Positions 5,034-14,038 of a stretch of DNA of 64,000 bases are shown in pieces. The position numbers and the translations under genes are program-made. The stretch lies in contig OY970368.1 of the NCBI GenBank assembly GCA_963718615.1, forward strand, positions 3,584,001-3,648,000. The letters run 5' to 3'. The stretch's first letter is position 1. Every line of letters begins with the position of its first letter. This stretch comes from an uncultured cyanobacterium. GTDB taxonomy: Bacteria; Cyanobacteriota; Cyanobacteriia; PCC-9006; JAAUQQ01. The notes under the pieces were generated by a model. It did not search any database. It was not told where the DNA came from and worked only from the letters and a program-made list of their open reading frames with translations.

Positions 5034-7823
5034 CTAATTTCCCTCCTTGAACACATGCACCACACTCACCACCACCGCTGCTAACCCCGGCCACTTGTAG
5101 CGCCGGGTCGCATTGTAAATTATCCCCCCATTTTGGCAGACAAACCGTAACCCCGTGCTGCGCGTGTCGCCCTGGGCGATCGTATTCGTCGCAATCAATC
5201 CATAGGCTCCACCCACCCGAATAATCTCAAAGGCCCGCCGAAAGAAATAAGCCACCAAATCCGCATTGCCATGGGACTCTGGATAGCCTTCCTTCAAATA
5301 GTCCAAATAGCCTTCCGCGTTGCCATTGATGGTTGTGTTCTTTCCTGCAAACGGCGGATTCCCCACGATCGCATCAAACCCGCCATTCTCCCGAGCAAAC
5401 ACCTCCGGAAACTCCACCTCCCAACTAAACGGAACCACCGGCTTCTCCCGCTCCCGCAACTGCCCCGCGATCGCCACCATCCGCTCCGGCTGCGATCGCA
5501 CCACCTGGCTATACTCCGCCACCAACAATTCCCGATCCTTCTTACTCTTGCCAAAACCATCAAACGTTGCCGCGATCGCCACATCCCCCTGCATCCGCAC
5601 CTGCAACAACTTCGCCTCCGCATCCTGCCACTGCCGATACTTCAAATCCGCATCCCCATCCGACAACGTATCCCCCGACTGAATCTGCGACCTCAACACC
5701 GTCGCCGCCAAAATCTGCTCCTGCCCATACTTCATCAACGGCAAATCCTGAACCGGATCGCGCCCAAAGGCCACAATCTCCTTCCGCGTCAACCCCACCA
5801 ACGAATCGCCACACTTTAGCGAGTGATCCACAAACGTAAACGGCAAATCCCGCGCCAACGTCACCAACCACAGTGACAACTTCGCCAAATTCACCGCAAA
5901 GGGATTCTTATCCACCCCATACAAACAACGCTGCGCCACCAACCGCCGCGCATACAACAACGGTTCCACCGCATCCGGCACATCCCCCGGCATCCCGTGA
6001 TAATCCCAAGCCGCCACCAACCGCTCCGCCAACTGCCGACAAACCTCCACCAAAAAGGCAGCCGACCCCATCGCCAAATCACAAACCTTCAGCTCCAAAA
6101 TCTGCTCCGCCGTCGGCTGCGCCCCCAACCGCTCAAAAATAGGCCGCAACGTCGTCTCCACAATCGGCTGCGTCAACTTACGCGGCGTATAATGCGACCC
6201 CGTCCGCCGCCGCTCCTCCCCCGGCTGCAAATACAACGCCCCCGGCATCAACACCTGCAATGTCCGCTCCGACACCCGCCGCTCCAGCGCCGCCAGAATA
6301 TCCGCAACAGTCTCCGCCTCCTTCAACGCCGTCGCCCCCTTCCCCGACAGCGTCAGCTCCCCCGCCTCCTTCAACCACTTCGCCCGGTCCTTCGGCTTCT
6401 GGGCCAGCAAATCCTCCAGATTAATCACCACATCCTTCGGCTTCACCGCAATGGACTGCGCCTTAGCAATCTCCACCTCATAACCCATAATCGCCTCATA
6501 CACCGAGCCGATCTGCTCCACATCCAACGCCCGATAACTCAGCCGCTCCCCATTCAAAATCAGCAGCTTCTGGAGCATCCGGTAGATGACGCCGTCAGCA
6601 ATGCGAGGAATCTCTCCATTCCCCTCCAAAAACGCATACTCCGCCGGATCAAACAATTGCCCATGCCGCGCAGGCAAATAAGCCTCATAGCTCCCACCCC
6701 CGTCATACACCAGCCGAAACAAACTCAACAGCCAAGCCCAAGCCCCATAGCGATCTTCCATCGTGTCGTGGAAAGCACCATCGTCATCGCGCAGTTTTTC
6801 ATACAACCCCGAAACCGAATAATTCCCCTGATACACCGCATCATCCGGCATCAGCCCCTGGTCCTCCGCATACAGCAAAAACACCAGCCGCATCAGCGTC
6901 GTCAACAGCCCGCCATAGACATGCTGCGGATTGGCCTCGGCTAAAGCCTTCAGTTCACTGACCTGAGCCTCACCCTGCCGATCATCCCGCTTGGCATCCG
7001 CCGCCTGAAAGCCCCGCAACAACTCCCACAGCGCATCCAACACCTGCTCCGCCAACTGCGTCGAAACATTCGCCTGGTAAGCCCGACTCGCCTCTAGCAA
7101 CTTCGGCAACGTCCGCTCCCTCGGCGCATTCCACAGCCGATCCGCCCCCAGCAACATCTCCAGCGCCCCCAAAATCAGCCGCCCCGGCACCTCCGTCATC
7201 GCCTCAATCGGGAACGTAATATGCCCGCTCGACTCCCCACTGGGCGCATAAACCAACCGCAAAGCAACCCCATTCCACAAGATCCCAATGGGAACATTCA
7301 CCCCCTTCAACAGCCGCTCAAACTTCTGCTGCGGACTCGCCTTCCAGCCGCCTGATCCACCCTGGCTCCCCGCATTCGGATCTTCCCCATCCAAATCCCG
7401 CCCCAGGGGCACCACCTTCACCAGCAGCAAATAGCCCTCACTATCCAGGTCCACCACCCCATACTGGGGCCGCAGCACCTCGCCATAATCCGACAGATTC
7501 ACCTCCAGCGAGGCAGGCAAATCCGCCTCCGCCACCACATCTGCCGCCTCCCACTCCAGCACCTGCTCCGCAAAGGGCAGAAACTCCGGCACGTACGTTA
7601 TGGGGCTCTGCTCCTTGCCATCTCGCTGAACCTCTGCCGCCTGAAGCCCAGGCAACAGCTCCTGCTGCACCAACCCCTGCAACACCGGCTGCAACCGCAA
7701 CGCACTGCTCTTATCCACAAAGGCCTGCTTATCCGCCAACGCCGGAGGCGACACCACAAGACCCTCCGGCTGCAACAGCCCCAGCCATTCGCGATGTAGA
7801 TATTGCTCGTTGTCGTAGGCCAT
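5034..7823 (-). CDS. N6-adenine DNA methyltransferase, DrmMI/type IIG-like, lacking its TRD
   Basis: VEQIGSVYE, GSHYTP, motif I CDLAMGSAAFL, LYGVDKNP, motif IV GNPPF, LIATNTIAQGDTR; stops right after AAVVVSVVHV. Confidence 0.92.
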   Translation of the reverse strand: MAYDNEQYLHREWLGLLQPEGLVVSPPALADKQAFVDKSSALRLQPVLQGLVQQELLPGLQAAEVQRDGKEQSPITYVPEFLPFAEQVLEWEAADVVAEADLPASLEVNLSDYGEVLRPQYGVVDLDSEGYLLLVKVVPLGRDLDGEDPNAGSQGGSGGWKASPQQKFERLLKGVNVPIGILWNGVALRLVYAPSGESSGHITFPIEAMTEVPGRLILGALEMLLGADRLWNAPRERTLPKLLEASRAYQANVSTQLAEQVLDALWELLRGFQAADAKRDDRQGEAQVSELKALAEANPQHVYGGLLTTLMRLVFLLYAEDQGLMPDDAVYQGNYSVSGLYEKLRDDDGAFHDTMEDRYGAWAWLLSLFRLVYDGGGSYEAYLPARHGQLFDPAEYAFLEGNGEIPRIADGVIYRMLQKLLILNGERLSYRALDVEQIGSVYEAIMGYEVEIAKAQSIAVKPKDVVINLEDLLAQKPKDRAKWLKEAGELTLSGKGATALKEAETVADILAALERRVSERTLQVLMPGALYLQPGEERRRTGSHYTPRKLTQPIVETTLRPIFERLGAQPTAEQILELKVCDLAMGSAAFLVEVCRQLAERLVAAWDYHGMPGDVPDAVEPLLYARRLVAQRCLYGVDKNPFAVNLAKLSLWLVTLARDLPFTFVDHSLKCGDSLVGLTRKEIVAFGRDPVQDLPLMKYGQEQILAATVLRSQIQSGDTLSDGDADLKYRQWQDAEAKLLQVRMQGDVAIAATFDGFGKSKKDRELLVAEYSQVVRSQPERMVAIAGQLREREKPVVPFSWEVEFPEVFARENGGFDAIVGNPPFAGKNTTINGNAEGYLDYLKEGYPESHGNADLVAYFFRRAFEIIRVGGAYGLIATNTIAQGDTRSTGLRFVCQNGGIIYNATRRYKWPGLAAVVVSVVHVFKEGN
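5211..5844. repeat. Direct repeat, copy 1 (partner 1-634), inside the methyltransferase gene
   Basis: Same alignment as for 1-634; the true left limit is unknown because copy 2 runs off the window. Confidence 0.95.
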
Positions 7824-7879
7824 GGTGATGATTCGGGGAACTTGTCAGGGAAACTCGGTCAGCATTCAGCAGAATTCGC

Positions 7880-8470
7880 TCAGCTCGGTTCGTTTGAGGC
7901 TGAGTCAAACACAATGTCTTCGTAAATGGCTTCGATGGGAAACGTTAAATCAACCGACTGAAGCTCAACCGAATCACCAGCTTGATAGTTGAGAATTTGC
8001 CAAGCATCCTGAGCCGTTCTGCGAAAGATTTCGATTGAGATCGCTTCTGAATTCACCAAAACGTACTCTTGCAGATTCGGATTTTGTCGATACATTCTGA
8101 ACTTATCGCCTCGGTCATAGGCCTCCGTCGAAGGCGAGAGCACTTCAATCACTAGGCAGGGATAGGTAATGAACTGCTTCGTTGTTTTATCACGCGGATC
8201 ACAGGTGACGCTGAGGTCAGGGTAAACATAGTCAGTTGAATTCAAAATGCTGACCCTAGCATCGGAATTGAGAACCTTGCAGCCGCTGCCTCGCATGTGG
8301 GCTTTTAGCACAGCGCCGAAGTTGATCGAGATTTCACTGTGATTAATCGTTCCGCCGCTCATGGCATAGACTTCACCGTTGAGATATTCATGGCGATGGA
8401 GCTGCTGTTCCTCCCAAGCGAAATATTCCTCGGGCGTTAATTTGGGAAACTTTTCTTTTGCGACAACCAT
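7880..8470 (-). CDS. Uma2 (DUF820) family PD-(D/E)xK endonuclease
   Basis: EYLNGEVYAMSGG, YPDLSVTCD, PCLVIEVLSPSTEAYDRGDKF, LQEYVLV; ATG at 8470. Confidence 0.92.
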   Translation of the reverse strand: MVVAKEKFPKLTPEEYFAWEEQQLHRHEYLNGEVYAMSGGTINHSEISINFGAVLKAHMRGSGCKVLNSDARVSILNSTDYVYPDLSVTCDPRDKTTKQFITYPCLVIEVLSPSTEAYDRGDKFRMYRQNPNLQEYVLVNSEAISIEIFRRTAQDAWQILNYQAGDSVELQSVDLTFPIEAIYEDIVFDSASNEPS

Positions 8471-8570
8471 GATTAATCCCCTGTTCGTTGAATCAACTCG
8501 TTGAAACTCAACTGACACCTCAAAATTCTATCGGTGTAGCTCCTGAATCGGTTTGGCACTGATTCAGCTC

Positions 8571-11500
8571 CTAACTCGTCACCGGCCAGAGATAGACCAG
8601 TCCCACCGGCTCCACCCGCGTTGCTTTGACCTGGTAAGCCTTGCGAATCCGCTCCGGCTCCGTCTCAATTTCTTGCGCCAACATTTCCAAGCGCTTCTCC
8701 CAGTGCCGTCGGTCCGAGGCGAGCTGACGCTTCTCCGATTCCGCAAAGGCCAAAGTCATCTGTTGAGAATCCTGGTCCGTCTTCTGCTGCTGGCGACGAA
8801 TGCGATCGCGCTGCTCCTCCAGCAACTGCTTCATCTCCTTGGCTTCGCGATCGCCCCGCTCCGCCAGCTTCTTCTCGGCCTCCGCCGTCAGCGTCTTAAC
8901 CATGTCATCCAGATGAGAGGCCAAATCCTTCACATCCTGGGGGGCCGACTGTTGCAGCCGCTGCCGAACAGTCTCCGGCACATCCCGCAAACGAGGATTG
9001 GCTAAGGACTCTTCCAGGATTTGAAGGACTTCTCGCGTGGTGCGATCGCCCAAGACCTGCAAGCCCTCCCGCGCCTCCGGCGACCTCCACCGCGCCACCA
9101 CCGACACCACCTCATCATGGAGCCGCGCTGCCCCATCGCCATAGAGCGACAGCCGCCCCAGCATAATCACCCGAGGAATCGCCGTATCGGTCAAGCAAAC
9201 ACAGGCCCGCGTCAAATCATCATGGACAAAGCCCTGGGACAGGAAGCGCCCCAGCAGCCGCTGCACCAGCCGCTGCTCCAGATGCAAATGCACCGCCTCC
9301 CCATCCAGCGTGCCGGAATCGCGAAAAATCACCGGACGAATGGAAGCTTCTTTACGCCATTCCCACAGCTTCTGCCCCCGCTGACGCGGAGCCCGCAGCG
9401 TATCCAGGGTCGCCGCCCAGGTGGGGTCATTGCCCAGGCGCTCATCCAAGGCCGGAATCTCCCAACGAGCCAGGTCTGGATTGTCCAATGCCTCCTGGCT
9501 CGACATCGGTGCCAATGGTTGAGCACCTAGCACTTCCAGCGAGGCTGAGAGGGCATCGCGAAAAAAGCTGTCCTTGAACCCCAGCCATTTGTGGGAGCTG
9601 TCGAGGATGTTTTGCAGTTGCTTCTCTTGCTCTAGAAGGGCCTGGTGGCGATCGCGCATGACATCCAGTTCTTCACTGATCACCTGTCCCTTATCCAGCG
9701 AATCCCCATCCGCCTGATCCGCCTGGCGCAGCGCATCTGACAGCCTCGCCTCATCCTCCGCCCGAATGCCGTTTTTCAACAGCTTCGAAACAGTCTTCTC
9801 CACCACAGGCGACAGACTGCCTAGCTCCTCATGGATGGTCTTGGTTTTCTCCACCAGCACATCCAGCACCCGGTCCTCCGCCCGCTGGGGATAGACAAAA
9901 TAATGGCAGTGAACCACCTTGGCCTTCTGCAACTTCCGGTCAATGCGGCCATTGCGCTGCTCCATCCGGCTGGGGTTCCAGGGCACATCGAAGTGGAACA
10001 ACTCCGAGCAATAGTTCTGAAGGTTCACCCCCTCCCGCGCCGCATCCGTGGCAATCAAAATCCGCAGGGGATGCTTGGCCGGGTCCGCATTAAAGGCCGC
10101 TTTGATCTGCTCCCGCCGTTCATCCCCCATACCGCCATGGAAGGTGCCAATGCGATTATCCGCATCATCGGAGCCTTGGATTAACGCCTCCAGTTGCTGC
10201 TGCAAATAGCGCTTGCTGTCGGTGTACTCCGTGAAAAATAAGACCCGCTGGTGATTCCACTGGGCTCCCGTCTCACCCAGGTTAGGGCAAAGATTCGCCT
10301 TCAACCAAGCCTTGAGATAGGCAATGCGGCCATCGGCTTGGTGTCGTGCTGCGATCGCAATCTGGGTCATCTCCTCCAGCAGTTCCAGCTCTCGTTCGGT
10401 CACACCGCCGCCGCTAAACTGAGTCGCCGCTGACATCTGGGCATCTTCTTCCTGTTCGATATCGGCTTCATCGAGATCCGCGCGATCGTCATCGTTCCCC
10501 GCCGCCTCCGCCAATAGCGAGAGCCTTCCCTGGACCAACCCAGGAGCGGCCATGGCCTGAGCCGGTCGCTCTACCGCCTGGCGCTTCATTGCCTGGCGAT
10601 GTACCCGCAGCGTCCGCGAAAACGCTTCAATCGACGACAGCAGTCGTTTCTGCAACGACAACATCACTAGCATCGCCGCTGCCCGAGAAGACGTTGTGGC
10701 ATCCTTGAGCCTGGCTTCTCGACAATTGCGATACTCCTGCAACAGCCGCGATAACACTAGCTCCGGCGCATCCTCAGGCAGGTTATCAATCCGCACCGCA
10801 ATCACCTCCCGCTTCGGGAAGTCCGCATTCTTAATTTCCCGCAAATCCTGCTTCAGCCGCCGCACCATCACCCCATCCAGCAGCGCCTTACTGCGCACCG
10901 GCACCCCTCGACAAAACCGCTGGGGGTCCAAAATCTCCAGCAGCGCTGCAAAGCTATTGGAATGGCCATTGTGGGGCGTCGCCGATAGAAACAGCCGATG
11001 CTCAAACATCGGAGCCAGCTCCCGCACCGTCCGCGTTAGCTGGGAATCCACCGCATATTTAGAACTGCTGGCCGGAGCCGCATTGTGGGCCTCATCCAAA
11101 ATCAGCATCGACCCCGCCGAAAGCTGCTGCCCCCCCTCGGTCAGCCAATCCCGCAGGGGTGCCGCATAGCTCTCATTGCGCAGCAGCGCATGGGAAATGA
11201 TGAAACGGTTATGGGTCTTCCAGGGATTGATACCATAGCCCCGCTCCCGCCGCCGCGCCGCCACAAAGGCCCGGTCATAAATCGTGAACGTCAAGCCAAA
11301 GCGGCTCTCCATTTCATCCTTCCACTGCTGCACCACAGACGGCGGACAGAAAATCACCACCCGCTTAATCTTTTGCCGCAGCAGCATCTCCCGCAGAATC
11401 AACCCCGCCTCAATCGTCTTGCCCAGGCCCACATCATCGGCAATGAACAGATTCACCCTGGGCATCCGCAGCGCCTTGCGCAGGGGCTCCAACTGGTAAG

Positions 11501-11888
11501 CCTTAACCTCAATCCCAGCCCGGTAGGGTGCTTGAAACAGGCGAGCATCGGTCGAGGTCACACAGTTCCAGCGCAGCGTGTGGAAATAGGCCGAGAAATA
11601 GCGGGGGTCATCAAACCCACGGCTCACCACCGAATCCCAAGTCGCAGCACTCAGCAACTGCGCATCAATCTCCCGCTCCCAAAACACCTCCAGCTTCTCG
11701 CCCTGGGCATCGTCTTCGACGCAGGCCAGGCTGACGAGGGTATCCCCCTCAGCATCCGCCGGGGGCGATACATTCTCCACGAGATATTGACGCGATCGCA
11801 CCCGCACCAGTCGTCCTGGCTTGAGTCCATCCGAATCTGCCCCTGCTGTCGCTGCTGTCCCAATTGCCCCGGTCATAGAGATCGCCAT
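8571..11888 (-). CDS. drmD: SNF2-like helicase, DISARM DrmD type
   Basis: PGRLVRVRSR N-terminus, IADDVGLGKT, LDEAH, LSATPHNG, ATDAAREGVNLQ, WNPSRMEQRNGRIDR; sits upstream of an N6 methyltransferase. Confidence 0.8.
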   Translation of the reverse strand: MAISMTGAIGTAATAGADSDGLKPGRLVRVRSRQYLVENVSPPADAEGDTLVSLACVEDDAQGEKLEVFWEREIDAQLLSAATWDSVVSRGFDDPRYFSAYFHTLRWNCVTSTDARLFQAPYRAGIEVKAYQLEPLRKALRMPRVNLFIADDVGLGKTIEAGLILREMLLRQKIKRVVIFCPPSVVQQWKDEMESRFGLTFTIYDRAFVAARRRERGYGINPWKTHNRFIISHALLRNESYAAPLRDWLTEGGQQLSAGSMLILDEAHNAAPASSSKYAVDSQLTRTVRELAPMFEHRLFLSATPHNGHSNSFAALLEILDPQRFCRGVPVRSKALLDGVMVRRLKQDLREIKNADFPKREVIAVRIDNLPEDAPELVLSRLLQEYRNCREARLKDATTSSRAAAMLVMLSLQKRLLSSIEAFSRTLRVHRQAMKRQAVERPAQAMAAPGLVQGRLSLLAEAAGNDDDRADLDEADIEQEEDAQMSAATQFSGGGVTERELELLEEMTQIAIAARHQADGRIAYLKAWLKANLCPNLGETGAQWNHQRVLFFTEYTDSKRYLQQQLEALIQGSDDADNRIGTFHGGMGDERREQIKAAFNADPAKHPLRILIATDAAREGVNLQNYCSELFHFDVPWNPSRMEQRNGRIDRKLQKAKVVHCHYFVYPQRAEDRVLDVLVEKTKTIHEELGSLSPVVEKTVSKLLKNGIRAEDEARLSDALRQADQADGDSLDKGQVISEELDVMRDRHQALLEQEKQLQNILDSSHKWLGFKDSFFRDALSASLEVLGAQPLAPMSSQEALDNPDLARWEIPALDERLGNDPTWAATLDTLRAPRQRGQKLWEWRKEASIRPVIFRDSGTLDGEAVHLHLEQRLVQRLLGRFLSQGFVHDDLTRACVCLTDTAIPRVIMLGRLSLYGDGAARLHDEVVSVVARWRSPEAREGLQVLGDRTTREVLQILEESLANPRLRDVPETVRQRLQQSAPQDVKDLASHLDDMVKTLTAEAEKKLAERGDREAKEMKQLLEEQRDRIRRQQQKTDQDSQQMTLAFAESEKRQLASDRRHWEKRLEMLAQEIETEPERIRKAYQVKATRVEPVGLVYLWPVTS

Positions 11889-11892
11889 AGTC

Positions 11893-13980
11893 CTAATCCT
11901 CCTCTGCTGCTGCTTCCAGGGCTTCCAACTCCGGATCCGTCAAAATATCCTCTAAAAATCGACTGGGATAGCCCGTCCAAGTCAGCAGGGCCTCATCCCG
12001 CGCCCGCGTCAGCCCCACATAGAGCAATTGCCGTTCCCGCTCCAGAATGTCCGTCCGCAATTGCTGGTCCTGAACGTTTTGCAACACCGACCGCAGCGGC
12101 AACTGCTCATCAGAGACATTGACCACAAACACCGCCTTAAACTCTAGCCCCTTGGCCCGGTGTAGCGTCCCTACCCGAACCCCCTCACCCTCGGCTCCGG
12201 TTTTACTCAGCAGTTGACTCTTCACCCTATTGCGCGTCAGGGCAGCCTGGAGCGGTTCCAATTCACCATTGGTCCGGCTAAAGACAGCTATCTCATTCAG
12301 GCTCAGGCCCTCCTTCTTCATCCGCTTAATTTCGCCACTGACATATTTCCACTGCTGGGCAGGCGTCTTGGCTTGATGCAGGGTGGGGTAGGGGCCTTTC
12401 AGCAAGCTCTTGGTGCCCTTGCGCTTCTCGCTGCCGCCATCCATGTCATCCCCTGTGTCACCTAAAAGACGGTCGGCAAAGCGGCGGATTTCTTCGGTGG
12501 TGCGGTAGTTGATCCGCAGGATGTGGGAGCGCCCCTGCACGTTCACCCCCAATCCCTTGAGGCTAAAGCGACCGCCATAGATACGCTGGCCGCCATCCCC
12601 CACCAGGGTTAGGGCATTGGGAGCTGGACCGGCGATCGCCCCCAATAGCTGGATCTCCTGGGGCCGCAAATCTTGCAGCTCATCCACCACCACCGCATCA
12701 AACGGGCTCTCTACAATGCCGGACTCCAGAAACTCCCTGGCCTGGCGACAGATTCCCGACCAATCCGCCTGCCCCTGGGCCTGAAGTGTTTTGAGAATTC
12801 GCTCGAAGATTGGCCAGACTTGCTCCCTGCCCGTCGTGGACAGGGGAAACCCTCTCCCAGTTCGACTCGCACTTTTGTATTGCTCCCAGGTCGTAATGCC
12901 CTGGTCTTGAATGATCGTGTCCCACTCCGTCAGCAGCATCGTCGGGTCTAGGGGGCAGCTGGGGAAATGGGCTTGTTCAAAAAGGGCTTGGAGCGCAGAG
13001 CGCTCAACAGCCTGTAGCTTTTGCCCCCGCCCTGTCGCCAGACTGAGTGCCTGCTTATAGACCGTACTGACTGTGATCAGTTTCTTTTCTCCAGCCGTGC
13101 AAAGTAGATCCAGACTGCGATCTAGGTTTTCGCAGAGCGTCTTAACATAGCTCGTCAGCAAGACCCGCTTGCCCTGTCGCGCCAAATGCCGGGCTCGATG
13201 GAGCGCAACCACGGTTTTTCCCGTGCCAGCCCCTCCTGTAATCTTCAACGGTCCCGAAAAATCACCGGTTGCCAGCTGCTGCTGAGAGGGATGTAAGAAA
13301 GCAATCCAGGTCTCCAGCGGTGCCTCCAGCATCCGCATCAAGTCGGCATTGTCATCTAGGACAAAGAAGCGGCGTTGGGTGTCTTGGCTCTCCGTTAAAG
13401 GCTGATCCGGCAAGAGGGGGATCGGGGGCGTGACGAGTTCGCCAGCCGCGAGATTAAGGAGGCGATCGCCCACATCCTCTGGCAAATCGAACACCACATC
13501 CAGTAGCACCGCTTCGGTCTTGATCTTACGTATCGTCGGCAACCAGGTTTCTGGCAACCCCAAGCTCACCAGATAGTCGTCTTTATGTTCATCAAAGAGA
13601 CCGGGAATCTTCGAGCTCCCGCTTCCCCAGTCCTGCACCTGCTGCTCCACAACCTCGGGTGAGGCCACAATTTGCAGGGCTCCAGTTTTGGAATGTCGAG
13701 CAATCTGCTTGGTCGTCGCCCAGTGGTAAGCCGCATCATGGTGGTCCGCATGGAGGACCGTCCAAGTCTCACCATCCTTGTAGACGATCGCCCTTAGCTC
13801 CTGGGAAATCCGGGCTGACCAAAGGTTTGGGTTCTTCGTTTTAGTCACCCGCTCCAAGCTCAAGCTCGGATGGGACGGGTTCTCCAAAAACTTGCTCAGA
13901 AACGACCAGACTTGCTTAGCCTCATTCGCTGCCAGCTTGGTCACGACCTTTGGCAGTGATTGATCAATCAGTACGGGCAT
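11893..13980 (-). CDS. UvrD-like superfamily 1 helicase with an N-terminal RelE/ParE-like domain
   Basis: GGAGTGKT, VDELQD, GDGGQRIY, LRINYRT, TLHRAKGLEF, LLYVGLTRARD; N-terminus LWSARISQELRAIV...ADHHDAAY. Confidence 0.85.
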   Translation of the reverse strand: MPVLIDQSLPKVVTKLAANEAKQVWSFLSKFLENPSHPSLSLERVTKTKNPNLWSARISQELRAIVYKDGETWTVLHADHHDAAYHWATTKQIARHSKTGALQIVASPEVVEQQVQDWGSGSSKIPGLFDEHKDDYLVSLGLPETWLPTIRKIKTEAVLLDVVFDLPEDVGDRLLNLAAGELVTPPIPLLPDQPLTESQDTQRRFFVLDDNADLMRMLEAPLETWIAFLHPSQQQLATGDFSGPLKITGGAGTGKTVVALHRARHLARQGKRVLLTSYVKTLCENLDRSLDLLCTAGEKKLITVSTVYKQALSLATGRGQKLQAVERSALQALFEQAHFPSCPLDPTMLLTEWDTIIQDQGITTWEQYKSASRTGRGFPLSTTGREQVWPIFERILKTLQAQGQADWSGICRQAREFLESGIVESPFDAVVVDELQDLRPQEIQLLGAIAGPAPNALTLVGDGGQRIYGGRFSLKGLGVNVQGRSHILRINYRTTEEIRRFADRLLGDTGDDMDGGSEKRKGTKSLLKGPYPTLHQAKTPAQQWKYVSGEIKRMKKEGLSLNEIAVFSRTNGELEPLQAALTRNRVKSQLLSKTGAEGEGVRVGTLHRAKGLEFKAVFVVNVSDEQLPLRSVLQNVQDQQLRTDILERERQLLYVGLTRARDEALLTWTGYPSRFLEDILTDPELEALEAAAEED

Positions 13981-14038
13981 AACCGGCAATATCTAAAAGA
14001 TGGAGAATGACCAGATATCAAACTGATATCCGAGGATT

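Noticed and set aside
4214-5039. AATTAG at both TA ends as an excision site restoring an intact methyltransferase (like heterocyst interruption elements)
   Set aside because: Only 6 bp, the joined product would still carry the in-frame TAG, and no recombinase gene is present.
1-5844. Repeat pair as a diversity-generating retroelement TR/VR
   Set aside because: Mismatches are not confined to adenines of one copy, the repeat covers a catalytic core rather than a variable tip, and no reverse transcriptase is in the window.
61-6944. Long plus-strand ORFs (61-639, 2976-3563, 5271-5819, 5997-6944) and the alternative-frame ORF 2947-3639
   Set aside because: Antisense or off-frame shadows of real genes; low-complexity translations produced by the strong codon skew.
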